Positions 50,659-64,000 of a stretch of DNA of 64,000 nt are shown here, piece by piece. A program made the position numbers and the translations under genes. Origin of the DNA: Hydrolagus colliei (lineage: Eukaryota); NCBI GenBank assembly GCA_035084275.1, contig CM068753.1, positions 558,001 through 622,000 on the forward strand, read 5' to 3'. Below the pieces are notes generated by a model that saw nothing but the letters and a program-made list of their open reading frames with translations, was not told where the DNA came from and did not search any database. Every line of letters starts with the position of its first letter. Position 1 is the stretch's first letter.

Positions 50659-50977
50659 TGACCAGGTCCATGCCTCCATTTTCTAGCAGGTTTCGCTCAA
50701 TATTAAACAGAAGTGGGAACATTGTCTAATTCTTCTTCCTCCCCTCCCTCCACCCCTATCCATTGGATCTGGCCAATGCCGGTTAAAGCAAATGCCGGAT
50801 ATTTGGACGAAAATGAAAAAATATATAATAATTGCAATGCATTTTTACAGATAAATTCTGGTTAATCGAATGCGGACCTTTTTTTTTGCAATGCTGGTTA
50901 TATGGAATTTACGGTTGATCGGTGTGCCGGATAAACTGGCTTTTACTGTAACACAATCATTATTTTACTCCTCACAG

Positions 50978-51074
50978 CTTTTAATGTTGGGCAGTATCGT
51001 CGTGACCTGGTGAAGACCTACAAGTCCTTTGAATTTTTCCTCCCTGACAATCAAGAAGGTTTGAAGATCCGAAG
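50978..51074 (+). CDS. PFKFB4: PFKFB4 exon 3
   Basis: [31 protein letters not shown]. Confidence 0.97.
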
Positions 51075-51134
51075 GTAATTCACATACCTTAGTGGAAATG
51101 ATACTCACCACTTGCTCCCTTGACTCCCATACCC

Positions 51135-51612
51135 ACCTCCCTCCTCATCTTCCCCCATCCTCGCCAGATTCCATTGGCTCCCCATCGTCCAGAGGATTCA
51201 ATACAAGATCCTGGTCCTCACATTCAAAGCCCTCCATAGGCTCCCTTTGCCCTACATCTGCGACCTACCTACCTGCCCGCCCCCTCCGTTTTTCAGGCTC
51301 CAGCCTGCTCCGCATCCCGACCTACCCCCCCCACCACCACTGGTGGGCGAGCCTTTAGCCATTCTGCCCCCAACTTGTAGAACTCCATCCCGCAGTTCCT
51401 CCACCTTGCCCCCTCCATGGCCTCCTTCAAGTCCCACCTCAAGACCCTCCTCTTCAACGGTCCCATCAATCACCCCAAATCCCCCCCCCCCCCTTTCCTT
51501 CCACCATCCCCAACCCCAGTTTGAGTCTGAAACAATGACTGTCCAGCATCTTGCGACACCCTCCTGACATGAAAGACGCTATACAAGTGTAATTTTGTTG
51601 TTGTTGTTGTTG
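51135..51612 (+). mobile_element. L2 3' fragment
   Basis: HWLPIVQRIQYKILVLTFKAL remnant and (TTG)n tail. Confidence 0.85.
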
Positions 51613-51688
51613 TAGATGACTTGTCTGTTTGCTTTTTGCAGAGTTGCTTAAAGCGTTCATTCCTTTCCCAATTGTTTTATTTTTGCAG

Positions 51689-51755
51689 ACAATGCGCATC
51701 ATTGGCATTAAATGACGTTAAGAAATATCTCAATGAGGAAGGTGGTCAAGTAGCC
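51689..51755 (+). CDS. PFKFB4: PFKFB4 exon 4
   Basis: QCASLALNDVKKYLNEEGGQVA. Confidence 0.96.
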
Positions 51756-52327
51756 GTAAGTTGAATATTGCCATCTATTGATAGGTGAATATTGTTTGAT
51801 GTGCTGGTAATGCTTTGAGGTTGAACAGTCTGAACAAAATCGTGTATAAGTGTCGCACTTTAAGGGGTGGGAAGCATGTAAGCTTTTTTTTGTTGACTCT
51901 TTGAATGGAAAATTCTCTCAACTGGTTTAAGCAGAAAATATGTCAGAACTGATGTTTGTAATTGCATCTTCTGAAACTGCTGGTCTTGAAACCAACAGAA
52001 TGTTTTTCCCGATACACTCCGCACATTGCAGTTTGTCTGATGCAGGTAGGGAAGGAACGGTTATGTTTTCAGTCTTTGACCACAACAGCAAGGCCCCAGT
52101 CCTGATTGTTTCACCCACAAAACACACAGTCTATTCACTTTACAGTATATTCTGTGAAGCGCTTTGAGACGTCTGGAAGACATGGTGAAGCGCTATATCG
52201 AATGCAAGGATTTTTATTGTTGCTTGACTATAAAAACACAAATCCACTCTTTGATAAATATTTATCGATGAGTTGCCCTTTGTATAAAAGCAGAAGATTG
52301 TTCTAATGAGCAGTTTGTTTTGAATAG

Positions 52328-52426
<99 letters not shown>

Positions 52427-53066
52427 TGATGTTTGAGCTTTGTGGGACGAACCCTCATATTCCCAACATGCAAGGAAGAGAAGCCAACTCTGTTCAGCTC
52501 TGAAAGAGTTATTGACTGAGAATTTTTAAATTTAAAAAGAGTTGAAATGTACCGAGGTGCCTTTTCTGACCATTTGATAGTAAGATCACCCCTCTCTCTC
52601 GAGGTATGATGTCTCTTGATAAAACACTTTAAAAAAAAAAAATCTTCGATTGGTGAAATGTATAACCACAACAAAATTACATTAAGAGAGCGCCTTTCAC
52701 ATTGGAAGAATGTCCTGAGGTATTGGGATAAATACACTTTGGTGTTTGAATGCTGCCAATTGAAAGTGTTAAAAAGATTGACACAATCACGTTGGACAAT
52801 CTATCACATGTATGTACACACATTAAAATAAATTGAAATATACTAAACTGAGTAGTTCAAAGCCTGACCTTGGATTGGTAAACACTAGTGTGTGGGATAG
52901 AGGGTGGAAGCTATATCAAATGCAAAGATTATTATTGATTGAGTTTGCTTTTAAAGCTTTATTTTGAAACCAATTTCGAGACAATGGCATGATTCATTTG
53001 TTTTGTTTTTCTGCCCTCACTTTTCATGATCAATCCTGGGTACTCTTCCCCGTCTTGATGATGAAG

Positions 53067-53123
53067 GTGTTCTTTGTAGAATCTGTGTGCGAAGATCCAG
53101 AAGTCATCGAGACAAACATTGTG
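53067..53123 (+). CDS. PFKFB4: PFKFB4 exon 6
   Basis: VFFVESVCEDPEVIETNIV; AAG acceptor. Confidence 0.95.
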
Positions 53124-53294
53124 GTAAGTTGTAAGTTGGTAGTGACGATGGAGTCATAATCCATTGCGGTCTTTAAAATCAAAATACATAATACTGCAGA
53201 TACCACTGATTGTTGTAGAGAAAAATATATTTGTAGTGATCTCTGGAGTATCTATTTAACGTACATTATTCACCTCATTACTTTATTCAATTAG

Positions 53295-53416
53295 CAAGTG
53301 AAGCTCGGCAGCCCAGACTACAGCGACTGTAACAATGATGAAGCTATATCTGACTTCCTGAAAAGGATAGAGTGCTACCAAAATACATACGAGCCGTTGG
53401 ATGAAGTCTTTGACAA
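53295..53416 (+). CDS. PFKFB4: PFKFB4 exon 7
   Basis: [40 protein letters not shown]. Confidence 0.97.
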
Positions 53417-53490
53417 GTAAGTAAATTAGATCATTTCTACAAGCTGGCCAGCTACACACATGCGCAGTGGGTGAGGTCCACATCACAATA

Positions 53491-53778
53491 TCCTTTAGTT
53501 CAGTGGTTAGAGCACTCGCCTTACAAGCGTGAGACCTGTGTTCGAATCCAGGCAGATCAGGGCCAAACCCTGAGCAAGTTTCGCCTAATCCATCCTCCAA
53601 AAAACCCACAATAATAAAAATTGGTCATTTCAATCTACGACTGTTTGTGGGGACGTGCTGTGCGCAATTGGGTGACACGTTTCGCCGACAAATTAAGTTT
53701 ACAGTATATTCTATAAAGCGCTTTGAGACATCGGTAAGATATGAAAAGCGCTATATCAAATGCAAGGATTATTATTAT
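53491..53778 (+). mobile_element. tRNA-derived SINE
   Basis: Head, body and tail. Confidence 0.85.
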
Positions 53779-53839
53779 CATTCTAAGTAACCTCATTATA
53801 TAAGAAACAGTGTTTTAATGGGCTGCGCTGCACCTGTGA

Positions 53840-54343
<504 letters not shown>

Positions 54344-54511
54344 TGACGTCCTCCTGACGTGAAAGGCACTCTTATCAATGTAATTTTGTTGTTGAATCAA
54401 TTGGTTGGCTGTGTTTTTCAGCGGCCACAGCAAATATTGTTGCCATAAATGCTCGCGGCATCTTGAGTTGTAAAAGACAATTCCACATATAATCAAAATG
54501 TAGTGTCTTAA

Positions 54512-54685
<174 letters not shown>

Positions 54686-54893
54686 TGACTTCTGTGATTT
54701 TTACTTAGGGATTCGGGGAAAGCAGAAGGAGCGGGAGAGAGATTCAGGGCAGGGGAGATACGCTCAAATTGACAAGTGGATAATTGATGTGACGGGACAA
54801 CCAGCGTTCAATCAAACTCATTCAGTTTATCTCAGCAAATTTCTGTCTTAATTCTGTCTTCAATTTATTGACCTAATCTGGCATTCGCAGCAT

Positions 54894-55211
54894 GGAGCTC
54901 CTGTAGCACTCGCCTTACAAGCGTGAGCCCTGTGTTCGAATCCAGGCAGATCAGGGCGACACCTTGGGCAAGATTCCTTACTCCACACACACACACACAC
55001 ACACACACACTTAATAATAATCTGTCCAAAAGAAACACAATAATAAAATTGGTCATTTTCAAACCACGACTGTTTGTGGGGATGTTGCTGTGCGCAATTG
55101 TTTCACCCACAAATATAAAGTCAATTTGCTTTACAGTATATTCTAAGAAGCACTTTTTGAGATGTCGATAAGATGTGAAAAGCACTATATCAAATGCAAG
55201 GATTATTATTA
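54894..55211 (+). mobile_element. tRNA-derived SINE with internal (CA)n expansion
   Basis: A-box region deleted; body and tail present. Confidence 0.85.
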
Positions 55212-55372
55212 TGATAGGTACAATATCGAATGCAACAATTGTTAACTTGGGTGCATAATTCTGATGAGCTGTTTAGTTGCCCTCTGCTGTATATCCTCTC
55301 CAATATCAAGGTAGTTTCTAAACGTAGATTTTAGCGGTTCTTATTTTTCCAATTCTTCCAATGTTTTTATAG

Positions 55373-55498
<126 letters not shown>

Positions 55499-56233
55499 TG
55501 AGGACCCTGTTTAGCCGGCTTACCCCTCAAAATTGGCAGTTTTGTAGCAAATCACTGAGCGTATTTCCACACTCAGCTGAAAGGATGTCACGCTTTTTTA
55601 CCGGTTTCCATCCGGTAGAGAAGTACAGAGATTATTTTTGAATTCATTTGTTAAAACAAAATGATTTTACAGATCAAAGCTTTAAATAGCGTGAAAGCCT
55701 GAAAATATGATGCGCTATATTCGAACCCACATCTGTCTGGTTCATGAGTTACATAAATATCTTTGGAGTCAACAAATTGTGTGTAATGTTCTGATGCACA
55801 ACACACATGGTGTGAGCAGATTATACCCATAGTGGAGAAATCCTAGCTGTAATGGTAAGGTACATTTCCAGTCATTCTTCACATAGTGTCTCTGGACATG
55901 CAATAATAATGATACTCCCTTAAGTATTTGATATGTAAGCGAAGACTGGGTTTCTTGGTACTATATAGCCTTCCCCTGAACGACTGAAGGCTCAAATTAA
56001 TGAACTTTATCTGGAGAAACCTGCAATGGAAATAGCTAGAGAGCTTGTTGACGAGACTTAAGCACATTAAAAAGCATTGCACTACATCAGCAATGGGTCA
56101 GATGGTCGGTTGTCTTGTTGTGAGCTGACTAGATTTATTAGCATACTTCAGGTGCAGGTTAATTACACCAGTTTTCAGTGCAGCGGAGAAATATTTGAAG
56201 GGCTTCAAGACGAACAGTTTGTTCCTTGACCAC

Positions 56234-56432
56234 TAGGGTCCGTTGATATTGAAATTTTCCGATATCGATATATCAGTTTACCCATATCGATATATACCAA
56301 TGTATTGATATATCACCGGACACGATACATTGAAAAAAAATTATATCAATGTATTTTAGATTCCGATATCGGCATGTCGATATGAAAATTATATCGGATA
56401 TAACCGATATATCGATATATCGCCGGACCCTA
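56234..56432 (-). mobile_element. hAT-type MITE, third internally deleted copy (199 bp)
   Basis: Perfect 9-bp TIR TAGGGTCCG / CGGACCCTA; degenerate flanks TTGACCAC / TTGACAGA. Confidence 0.85.
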
Positions 56433-56654
56433 TTGACAGATAAGAATCGGGTTAATCTCACAATCATTCAGGTCCTTTTGCGAAAGGCAAATTCCACAAT
56501 TGGAACATTTGTATTTGGCAAGAACAGTCTGTAGTCTTGCTGTGCTGCACAAAATAGATGTGGTCAGCATTCTGTTTCACTTTACTATCAGCTGTAATCC
56601 TCGATTATTAATGGTGATCTGCCTCCACCTCATGACATTTTGAAGATTAGTTGT

Positions 56655-56989
56655 GGAGCTCCTGTAACTCAGTGGTTAGAGCACTCACCTTACAAGTGTG
56701 AGACCTGTGTTTGAATTCAGGCAGATCAGTGTGAAACCTTGGGCAAGTTTCCTTACTCCACACACACGTCTAATAATAATCCATCCCCCCAAAAAAAACA
56801 TACAATAATTTTTAAAAATTGGTCACTTGCAATCCACGACTCTTTGTGGGGGACGCTGTTGTGCGCAATTGGCTGTGCATTTCACCCACAAATATACAGT
56901 CAGTTCACTCTACAGTATATTCTGTGAAGCGCTTTGAGATGTTGATAAGATGTGAAAAGCACTAAATCAAATGCAAGGATTTTTATTAT
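56655..56989 (+). mobile_element. Full-length tRNA-derived SINE
   Basis: Complete head, body and tail. Confidence 0.88.
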
Positions 56990-57484
56990 GATTATTAATA
57001 TAGTAGATTGGTTTCACATTATAAACTCTATACAGTACTAGTTTTCTGTGAATTCTCACTCACTGGTGACTTTACTTGTCTCTTCCACGTTCAGATTTGT
57101 TAGCTTCCAGCTCCTGTATATTGGAATTTATTTACACACTTACCCTCTGGATCTCCTGGGCTCTATCCCTCCAGCTCAACCCCTCTTTATCTTTAAACCC
57201 CTTCTTAAGACTTAACACTTCAACAGTATAGTCCTCCCCCACTTCCATCTTCCTCCCGTTGTCTAACCCCACCATTGTTTTCTGGGTAAAGGGTGCGATA
57301 TAAATGCGAGTTTTGTATTTACAAGCACATTTGCTATTTATCACATGTCAGTTGGGGGGTGGGGGGGGGGGGTGCAGGCTTACGACCCCCCCCCCCCCCC
57401 CCCCCCCACTTTCCTCCCTCTCCCCCAATCATAATTTTTGGGTAATAGGGTAATAATAGGTAGTAGGGAGATTCCTTTAAATGA

Positions 57485-57706
<222 letters not shown>

Positions 57707-58234
57707 TAAGAGCTGAACACCCCCATTCATTTTACTGTTGGTTTACAATGCATCAACCAGATTGAAACAGCACTGTCATTCTTACTGGATGTTTCAGAAA
57801 AACAACAGCATTGCCTCTCCCCCATTACTTCTCTGCTATATCCTCCGATTGTGCTAAGAGCCCATAATTTCGAGCGCGGTCACCTTCCCCCCCCCCCCCC
57901 CCCCCGGCTCGGCCTCGCGCTCCACCACTGTGAAGCGCTCTGAGGCACTGCCCAGTGTGAAGGGCACTATATAAATCCAAGTTATTGTTGTCGATTCTTC
58001 ACAAAGTTTGACAGGATCTTAAGAAAGTCAATTTTCATCCAAACCTCTTCTTGTGACCCTAATGTGTGGTTGATGGCAATTGCTTTTTAACATTGGTCAC
58101 TCCACTTCCACAGCTGTTTGTGGTACATTGCTGTGTGTAAATTGGCTGCTGCATTCGCCTACAAAATATATGGTCGTTTGACTTTACAGTAGGCATTGAG
58201 ATAAAGTGCTATATCAAATGCACGGATTATTAGT

Positions 58235-58659
<425 letters not shown>

Positions 58660-59050
58660 TAGCTTCAAAGCTTCCTATAACACAGCAAAGAATATGGTGC
58701 TTTAATATAGTGTACATGAGTTGGGGGAATCATGTCTCAAGGCTTATATTGTTCATTAATAGCCGCTGATAATCAGTGGACCTTTCATATGTGGACATGT
58801 GCAGTTATTTTCAGATTGCTGTACAAATATAAATATTTCCATTTAACTCCAGTAATTCAGTGATTCGATAAACTTTTTTTAAAATTTAACTTTTATTAGT
58901 GTGGGGAATTATTTTGAGGCAATTTCAAACGCTTGGCTAATCTGTCATTGTATGAGCTTTCGAAGTTTGAGTTGAATTGCGTCCTCCCGACTGGAAAAGC
59001 ACCGTAAATTGTAAAATTGTACTGAGTGTTTTATTTGTTTCCACCCTTAG

Positions 59051-59115
59051 GCTGCAAAGTCGAATCCATTTTCCTGAATGTTGAAGCTGTCAACACACAC
59101 CGGGAGAAGCCAGAG
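59051..59115 (+). CDS. PFKFB4: PFKFB4 exon 13
   Basis: [21 protein letters not shown]. Confidence 0.98.
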
Positions 59116-59276
59116 GTAAGCTGAGAAACCAAAATATATTTTCTAAGACTAGAAGAATTGTTTTTAAAAACTCCATTGGCTTCAAAACGAGGCAGAGATG
59201 TTCAGGTTCATTGTGGAAAGTGTGCAGTCTACATTCTCCTCCTTGTCTCCATACACATGCTCTTATGCCCACTGTT

Positions 59277-59692
59277 ACAACAGTAACAACATCACATTTA
59301 TAGAGCGCCTTTCACTTTGGGAGGATGTCCCAAGGCATTGAACAGTGAGGTCGGGACCTGAGCAGGGGGGGAAGAGTTGGGGTAGGGGGAGGAGAGTAGG
59401 AGAGGGGGGAGAGTTAGGAGGTTGAGCAGAAGGCACGGTCGAAGAGGAAAGTCTTGAGTCCGGCCTTGAAGAAAGAGAGGGAGGAAGTGAGGCAAAGGGA
59501 TTGCAGGATGGAGTTCCAGAGTGTGGGGGCAGAGAGGCTGAAAGCCCGGCCACCGATGGTGGGGCGGTTCTGGTGGGGGACGTGGAGCAGAGCAGGCCTG
59601 AGGCTGCTGAACGGAGGGGACAGGGGAGGCTAATAGGGAGACAGTAGGTCAGAGAGATAGATAGGCGGGGACAAGGCCGTGAATGGCCTTGA
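59277..59692 (-). mobile_element. L2 3' fragment
   Basis: Homologous to the 10606 copy, more diverged. Confidence 0.85.
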
Positions 59693-61854
59693 AAATGTTA
59701 CCTCAAACACCACAAAAGTCGTTACTACCCAAATGTGGTTTGTGAAAATAAAAGTAAATGACATATTGAAGGATATGTATCCCTCTTGATGTTTATGTGA
59801 CACTCATTTATTTATAATGAGTGCTTGAATACTAACATTATACCATTTGAAATATTGCATACAGCTGCTTTGAATGGGCTGAAAGCATGTTATCTGCCCT
59901 GTGAAGCAATAGAAAAATATTTGTGTTGCCGCAAGCAAAATTGTTATGCAGGTGACTGGTTTATTTTCATATACAGTACTAAATGAAAGCTGTCTCATTG
60001 AGGCATAGTTTTAACCTGGGTCCAAGTCAGTTTGCTTATCTTGCTGCTGTGAGGAAGAGCGAGCGAATAGCTTTCTGTTCCTAAGATGCATTTTTGATCC
60101 TTTGCAAGACATTACGAGAACTTTACAATTACTGTTGACTGTATTTGAGATTCAAGTCTGGGTAGTGAACCGCATTCAGATACCATCAGGTCCAAATAAT
60201 AGTTTCTGAAAGATTGCCTTTAGGATATTTACGCACATTACTTTTCATCTCTGCAATTTGATTTCGAAATCATTGGATGTAACTGATGTCAATCTTGCAT
60301 GTACACATTAGATCTCAAGGCACCCGGGCACTCCTTGTTATGGCACACTATCATGATATAGTGTGTCTATAATCCCTTTAAAACAGAGTGTTTATTGTGT
60401 TTTTGCCCCCATTGTTATGATGTTTCAGTGTCCAGGGTTAAAAGTATCAGCCTGTAATCTAATCGTTCACAAATATGTTTCTTGTGGTTCACTAAAATGA
60501 GCTGCAAGTGCAATAATGTAGTATTTTCACCGACCTCTAAGTCTGTGAGTAACTCTGGTGAACTGCACTGGTTTGAAGAAAAGTCCTGGTGACCATTTTA
60601 AACTTTGAACACATCGTTAGTTAACTAGAACTACTGTACGGCCTTGGACACATCTCGGGCAGGAATGAGGGAGTAACTAGAAATATGCAGATTGTAATTA
60701 TGAAGTGATACGATTTATGTTCAAAGTATTTTTTTCTTTAAATCGAATAAGGAGCAAATAGAGACTGGAAATGAATACCATAACAGCAGAATATATATAT
60801 ATATATATATATAGAGTAAAAACAAGTAAAAAGCACTATAGCCATTATATGCTGATGAATGTTACATTTGGAGTAGAGGTAACAAGGAGGTCTGTGTAAC
60901 ACTAGGCTTGTGAGTACTGCACTGTGCGGGAAGATTAAACATTGGTATGCACAGCATGAAATGGCTTTATCTCACCCTCAAACAGACTTTCTCAGTTTCT
61001 CAAAAAACATTTTCAGCGCGGTGTTGTGAAGTAACTTTCGAAAGAATGCTTCCAGAGTAAGAGAGAGACAGAGACTGCAAGATACAGTGTGTATAGAAAT
61101 GGATGATTAGATTGTACTGTAAGAAAAACAGTCTGATTTTTGCTTTTGGATGCTGTACAAAAATGTTGTTGTGTGGTTTAGGATTGAAGTTCAGTGCTTG
61201 GAAGATTAACAATGGGAAGTATGAGGAATGTGCCTTTAGCTGTGCGTGTTCAGTTGATACTTCCACTTGTTAGTCATGCAGAAAGTACTTTAGAGGGCAG
61301 TTTAGTGTAGTAGTTCTCATTCGGTGGAAACCCGTTTGATGATAGCTGCAGTGTGTTTACTAATTTAATGTGGACTTCTTGATGTTTATGTGGTACTGGT
61401 TACTGGTGGAAGGAAATGTTTCATTTCTCAATCTTCATCGCTAAAGCAATATAAAGCTAAAATATTGCCATTAAATTTCCAATTCATAGTTGATAGGGAA
61501 TCTATTTGACATCTTTGGAAAGGCCTATGTGATTACCTTGAGGTGCCATTGTGTTATTAACTGTAATCATGCCTCCCTAATGGTGATAAACCATCAGTGT
61601 TTAAGACCCTCAGGGAGATTTATCAATCATCGCATCTGTGCTGTTTGAGGAACTGGCCAGTCATTCAGTAAAGAACCCAACAACCGAGACTGTGGCCGGT
61701 TGCATGTTTTGGTCCCTGCCATCTGTCGGTGACATGAAACACTTTAGTTTGGCTGCTTGCATTATTCAGTGTGTGTTTCTTTTTTCGTCAGCCGGATGTA
61801 CTGAAATTATCATTAAAGAGAATCCAAACCACACTGGGGAGTTCCACATACGTA

Positions 61855-62050
61855 TTAGAGAAGGGAGTCTCTCCCAGTGTCCTGGCCACAATCCCCCAGA
61901 TAAAATGTGTCGTCACAGCTATTTGTGGGATGTAGCCATGCGCAAATTGGCTTGAACGCTTGTCTACAAATGCACATTCACTGCACTTCACAGTAAACCC
62001 GTGAATTGTTTGAGGTATCTCGAAGATGTGATGGGATGTAATGATTATTT
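61855..62050 (+). mobile_element. Degenerate DeuSINE 3' part
   Basis: GGGAGTCTCTCCCAGTGTCCTGGCCA...TTTGTGGGA...GCGCAAATTGGCT. Confidence 0.6.
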
Positions 62051-62892
62051 TGTTTGCCCGCCACACCTACATGTGGAAAGTTGACCTTTAGTGCATGCTT
62101 TTTCATGGCTGGGGAAGCGATTGAATCATCAAAATTTCATCACATAAGGAGGTCATGAGGCTTGCACAACAGCTCTCATAAAGTGTAGTGTTCACTCACA
62201 GCTATTGCATCTTATCTTTATACCCCTTCATACACCTGTCTCCTTTCCTCTTGAATCAAAATAGACTCTTATCCATACAGAGAACGAGCGATAGCTTATT
62301 AATATACATTAATGGCTGTTCTTCTCAACGGTTTTCATCATGTTACTAGTTTGGCAGAACCGCGGATTAAAATTGCTTTCCATGTAACAGAGAAGTTTAA
62401 CATGAGGTCTGAGAATTCATCGCTTTGGCTTTGAACATTAGATATGTGGAGGCAATTGCTGTTTTTAGCTAATGGTTTTGAACCATTTTTAATGGTTTAA
62501 TATCATTTCTCTGCACTGTAGTCTGTGATGTGCTTTCCTTTGCTTTGCCTGTTTAAGCATTCCTATGATGTGAAGGCTGGTTAACACCTGGATCAGAGAG
62601 CTCCTGAACCAGCTGCTCGCCAGCCTTCATTAACCCTTATTAATAATATAAAATATGATTTACCAAATCTCAAAAGCGATTGTAATTTGAGCGCGTACAG
62701 ATTTTGTTTCAAAGTGTCCAGTGCAAAAATTCAGTAACGGTTGTGAAAATAGATGAACTTTTGAGTCCGTCCGCCTACAAATGTCAAACTGGAGCACATT
62801 ATCACCCACACAACGTTAGTCCCTTGTCGGCCTGCGTTTGCTTTGTGTTGCCCTGTGTTATTCTTCACAATTTCTGTTTTGTTGTCATGCAG

Positions 62893-62952
62893 AATGTAGA
62901 CATTTCAAGACCACCCGAGGAAGCACTTGTAACAGTCCCAGCTCACCAATGA
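62893..62952 (+). CDS. PFKFB4: PFKFB4 last coding exon (3' UTR continues towards the window end)
   Basis: NVDISRPPEEALVTVPAHQ-stop, the PFKFB4-specific C-terminus. Confidence 0.98.
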   Translation, partial: NVDISRPPEEALVTVPAHQ

Positions 62953-64000
62953 GACCTGCTGCTGCCCTGCTGCCTGTTAGACTAACCCTAGGGTGACTGA
63001 CTGACTCCCTTCCCATTTCTAACCGCGTGCCACAACTCGGTTTTTAAACCCCAAAACAATCCTGGAATTGAGCGTCTTGTCTTCTTTCTGTTTTTATTAA
63101 TGTGTGTAAACTTTTGATACTAAGGTTAAAAACAAGCGACTTCGGTACAGTACAATGCAACTGTGATTTTTAATTCTCTCCGAACGGGAGAACCGACTAT
63201 GAGTAAACACGAGGCTGCACAAATTTCTGTACACACTGAGCCCTAACTACTGTATGCACCTTCAATGCCTGATGTAAAATGTATTTTTTTAACCATTTGT
63301 AACTGTTATGCATCTTCTACACGAATACAAAGCTGGAATGATCGTTTACTTCTGTTGCTGTATCTACCTTAAGCGTCTTTCGAAAGGGAGGAGGTCGATT
63401 GATGTGCGTATTATTTTTAAAAAGAGAAAACAGGACTGAGGATATATGAAGGGAGGCAGGCAGACAGTGTTTTCAAACTGTTTACATTTTGTAGCTCTTC
63501 CTCTGCATGTCTGTGTGACTTCTTCAAGCCCGGGTGTACATGTACATAATGTTAGGGGGGAAATTGTCTTGTGCATCGAATGGAACGTATTGATGTAAAA
63601 TAATGCTTTTTACCTAACACTAATTTTAGAGGAAAGTATTACTATAAGCAATAGTAAACTGGATCTAGTCTTTTTCAAGTGCCCCTACCTAACTTTTCAT
63701 AAGCATTCATGCCACACTTTTCTGTGCAAAAGTCAGACATCTCCTTGAAACTTCATTAACTTAAATTAAAATGGCCATTTATGGGTAAAGAAATCCACTG
63801 CAGTTAATTGAGGTCAAATTATGTACTTTTATTTGCAATTGGCTGCACAAACCTCACTATTGTCAGTCCCTTCTCTGCGTATTTCAGACCGAAGGAGTTT
63901 ACCCACCCTCATCATTTTATTCTGATTACCAGTGTTATTGTGGTATATTGCACTACATTAAATCATTCTAATTCTGCTAATTAATGCGGAGGTTTGGGAC

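Noticed and set aside
50770-50950. Tigger-like remnant ending TTTTACTGTA just before exon 3
   Set aside because: Only one terminal repeat is recognisable and boundaries cannot be supported.
53050-53066. Purine-rich AAG acceptor of PFKFB4 exon 6 (and AAG at exon 8) as minor-class introns
   Set aside because: The upstream donors are ordinary GT types without the U12 GTATCCTT signature.
63765-63770. ATTAAA as the PFKFB4 poly(A) signal
   Set aside because: Variant hexamer in AT-rich sequence; the true 3' end may lie beyond the window.

Overview
Eukaryotic vertebrate genomic DNA, most likely a cartilaginous fish (chimaera-like; inferred from the SINE/L2/CR1/Penelope repertoire, not proven), with one assembly gap (20344-20498). 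The window holds a complete 14-exon PFKFB4 gene on the + strand (CDS 40004-62952, 473 aa as I splice it), with at least one and possibly two upstream alternative first coding exons (18556-18601; 33495-33712). Upstream lies a divergent WASP/N-WASP-family gene (+, six recognisable exons 9462-14987: basic, CRIB/GBD, proline-rich, WH2, central, acidic). It has no recognisable WH1 exons and an apparent 1-nt frame break, and is the most interesting item. A CpG-island promoter at about 7.5-7.8 kb probably drives an unidentified minus-strand gene running off the left edge. The distal PFKFB4 promoter contains a 38-bp tandem array of TGATTGACAG plus GC-box units. The rest is intron or intergenic DNA dense in tRNA-derived SINEs, L2, CR1, Penelope-like and DeuSINE fragments, and hAT and Tigger-type MITEs. 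The long Pro/Gly/Glu/Arg-rich ORFs in the track are low-complexity artefacts.
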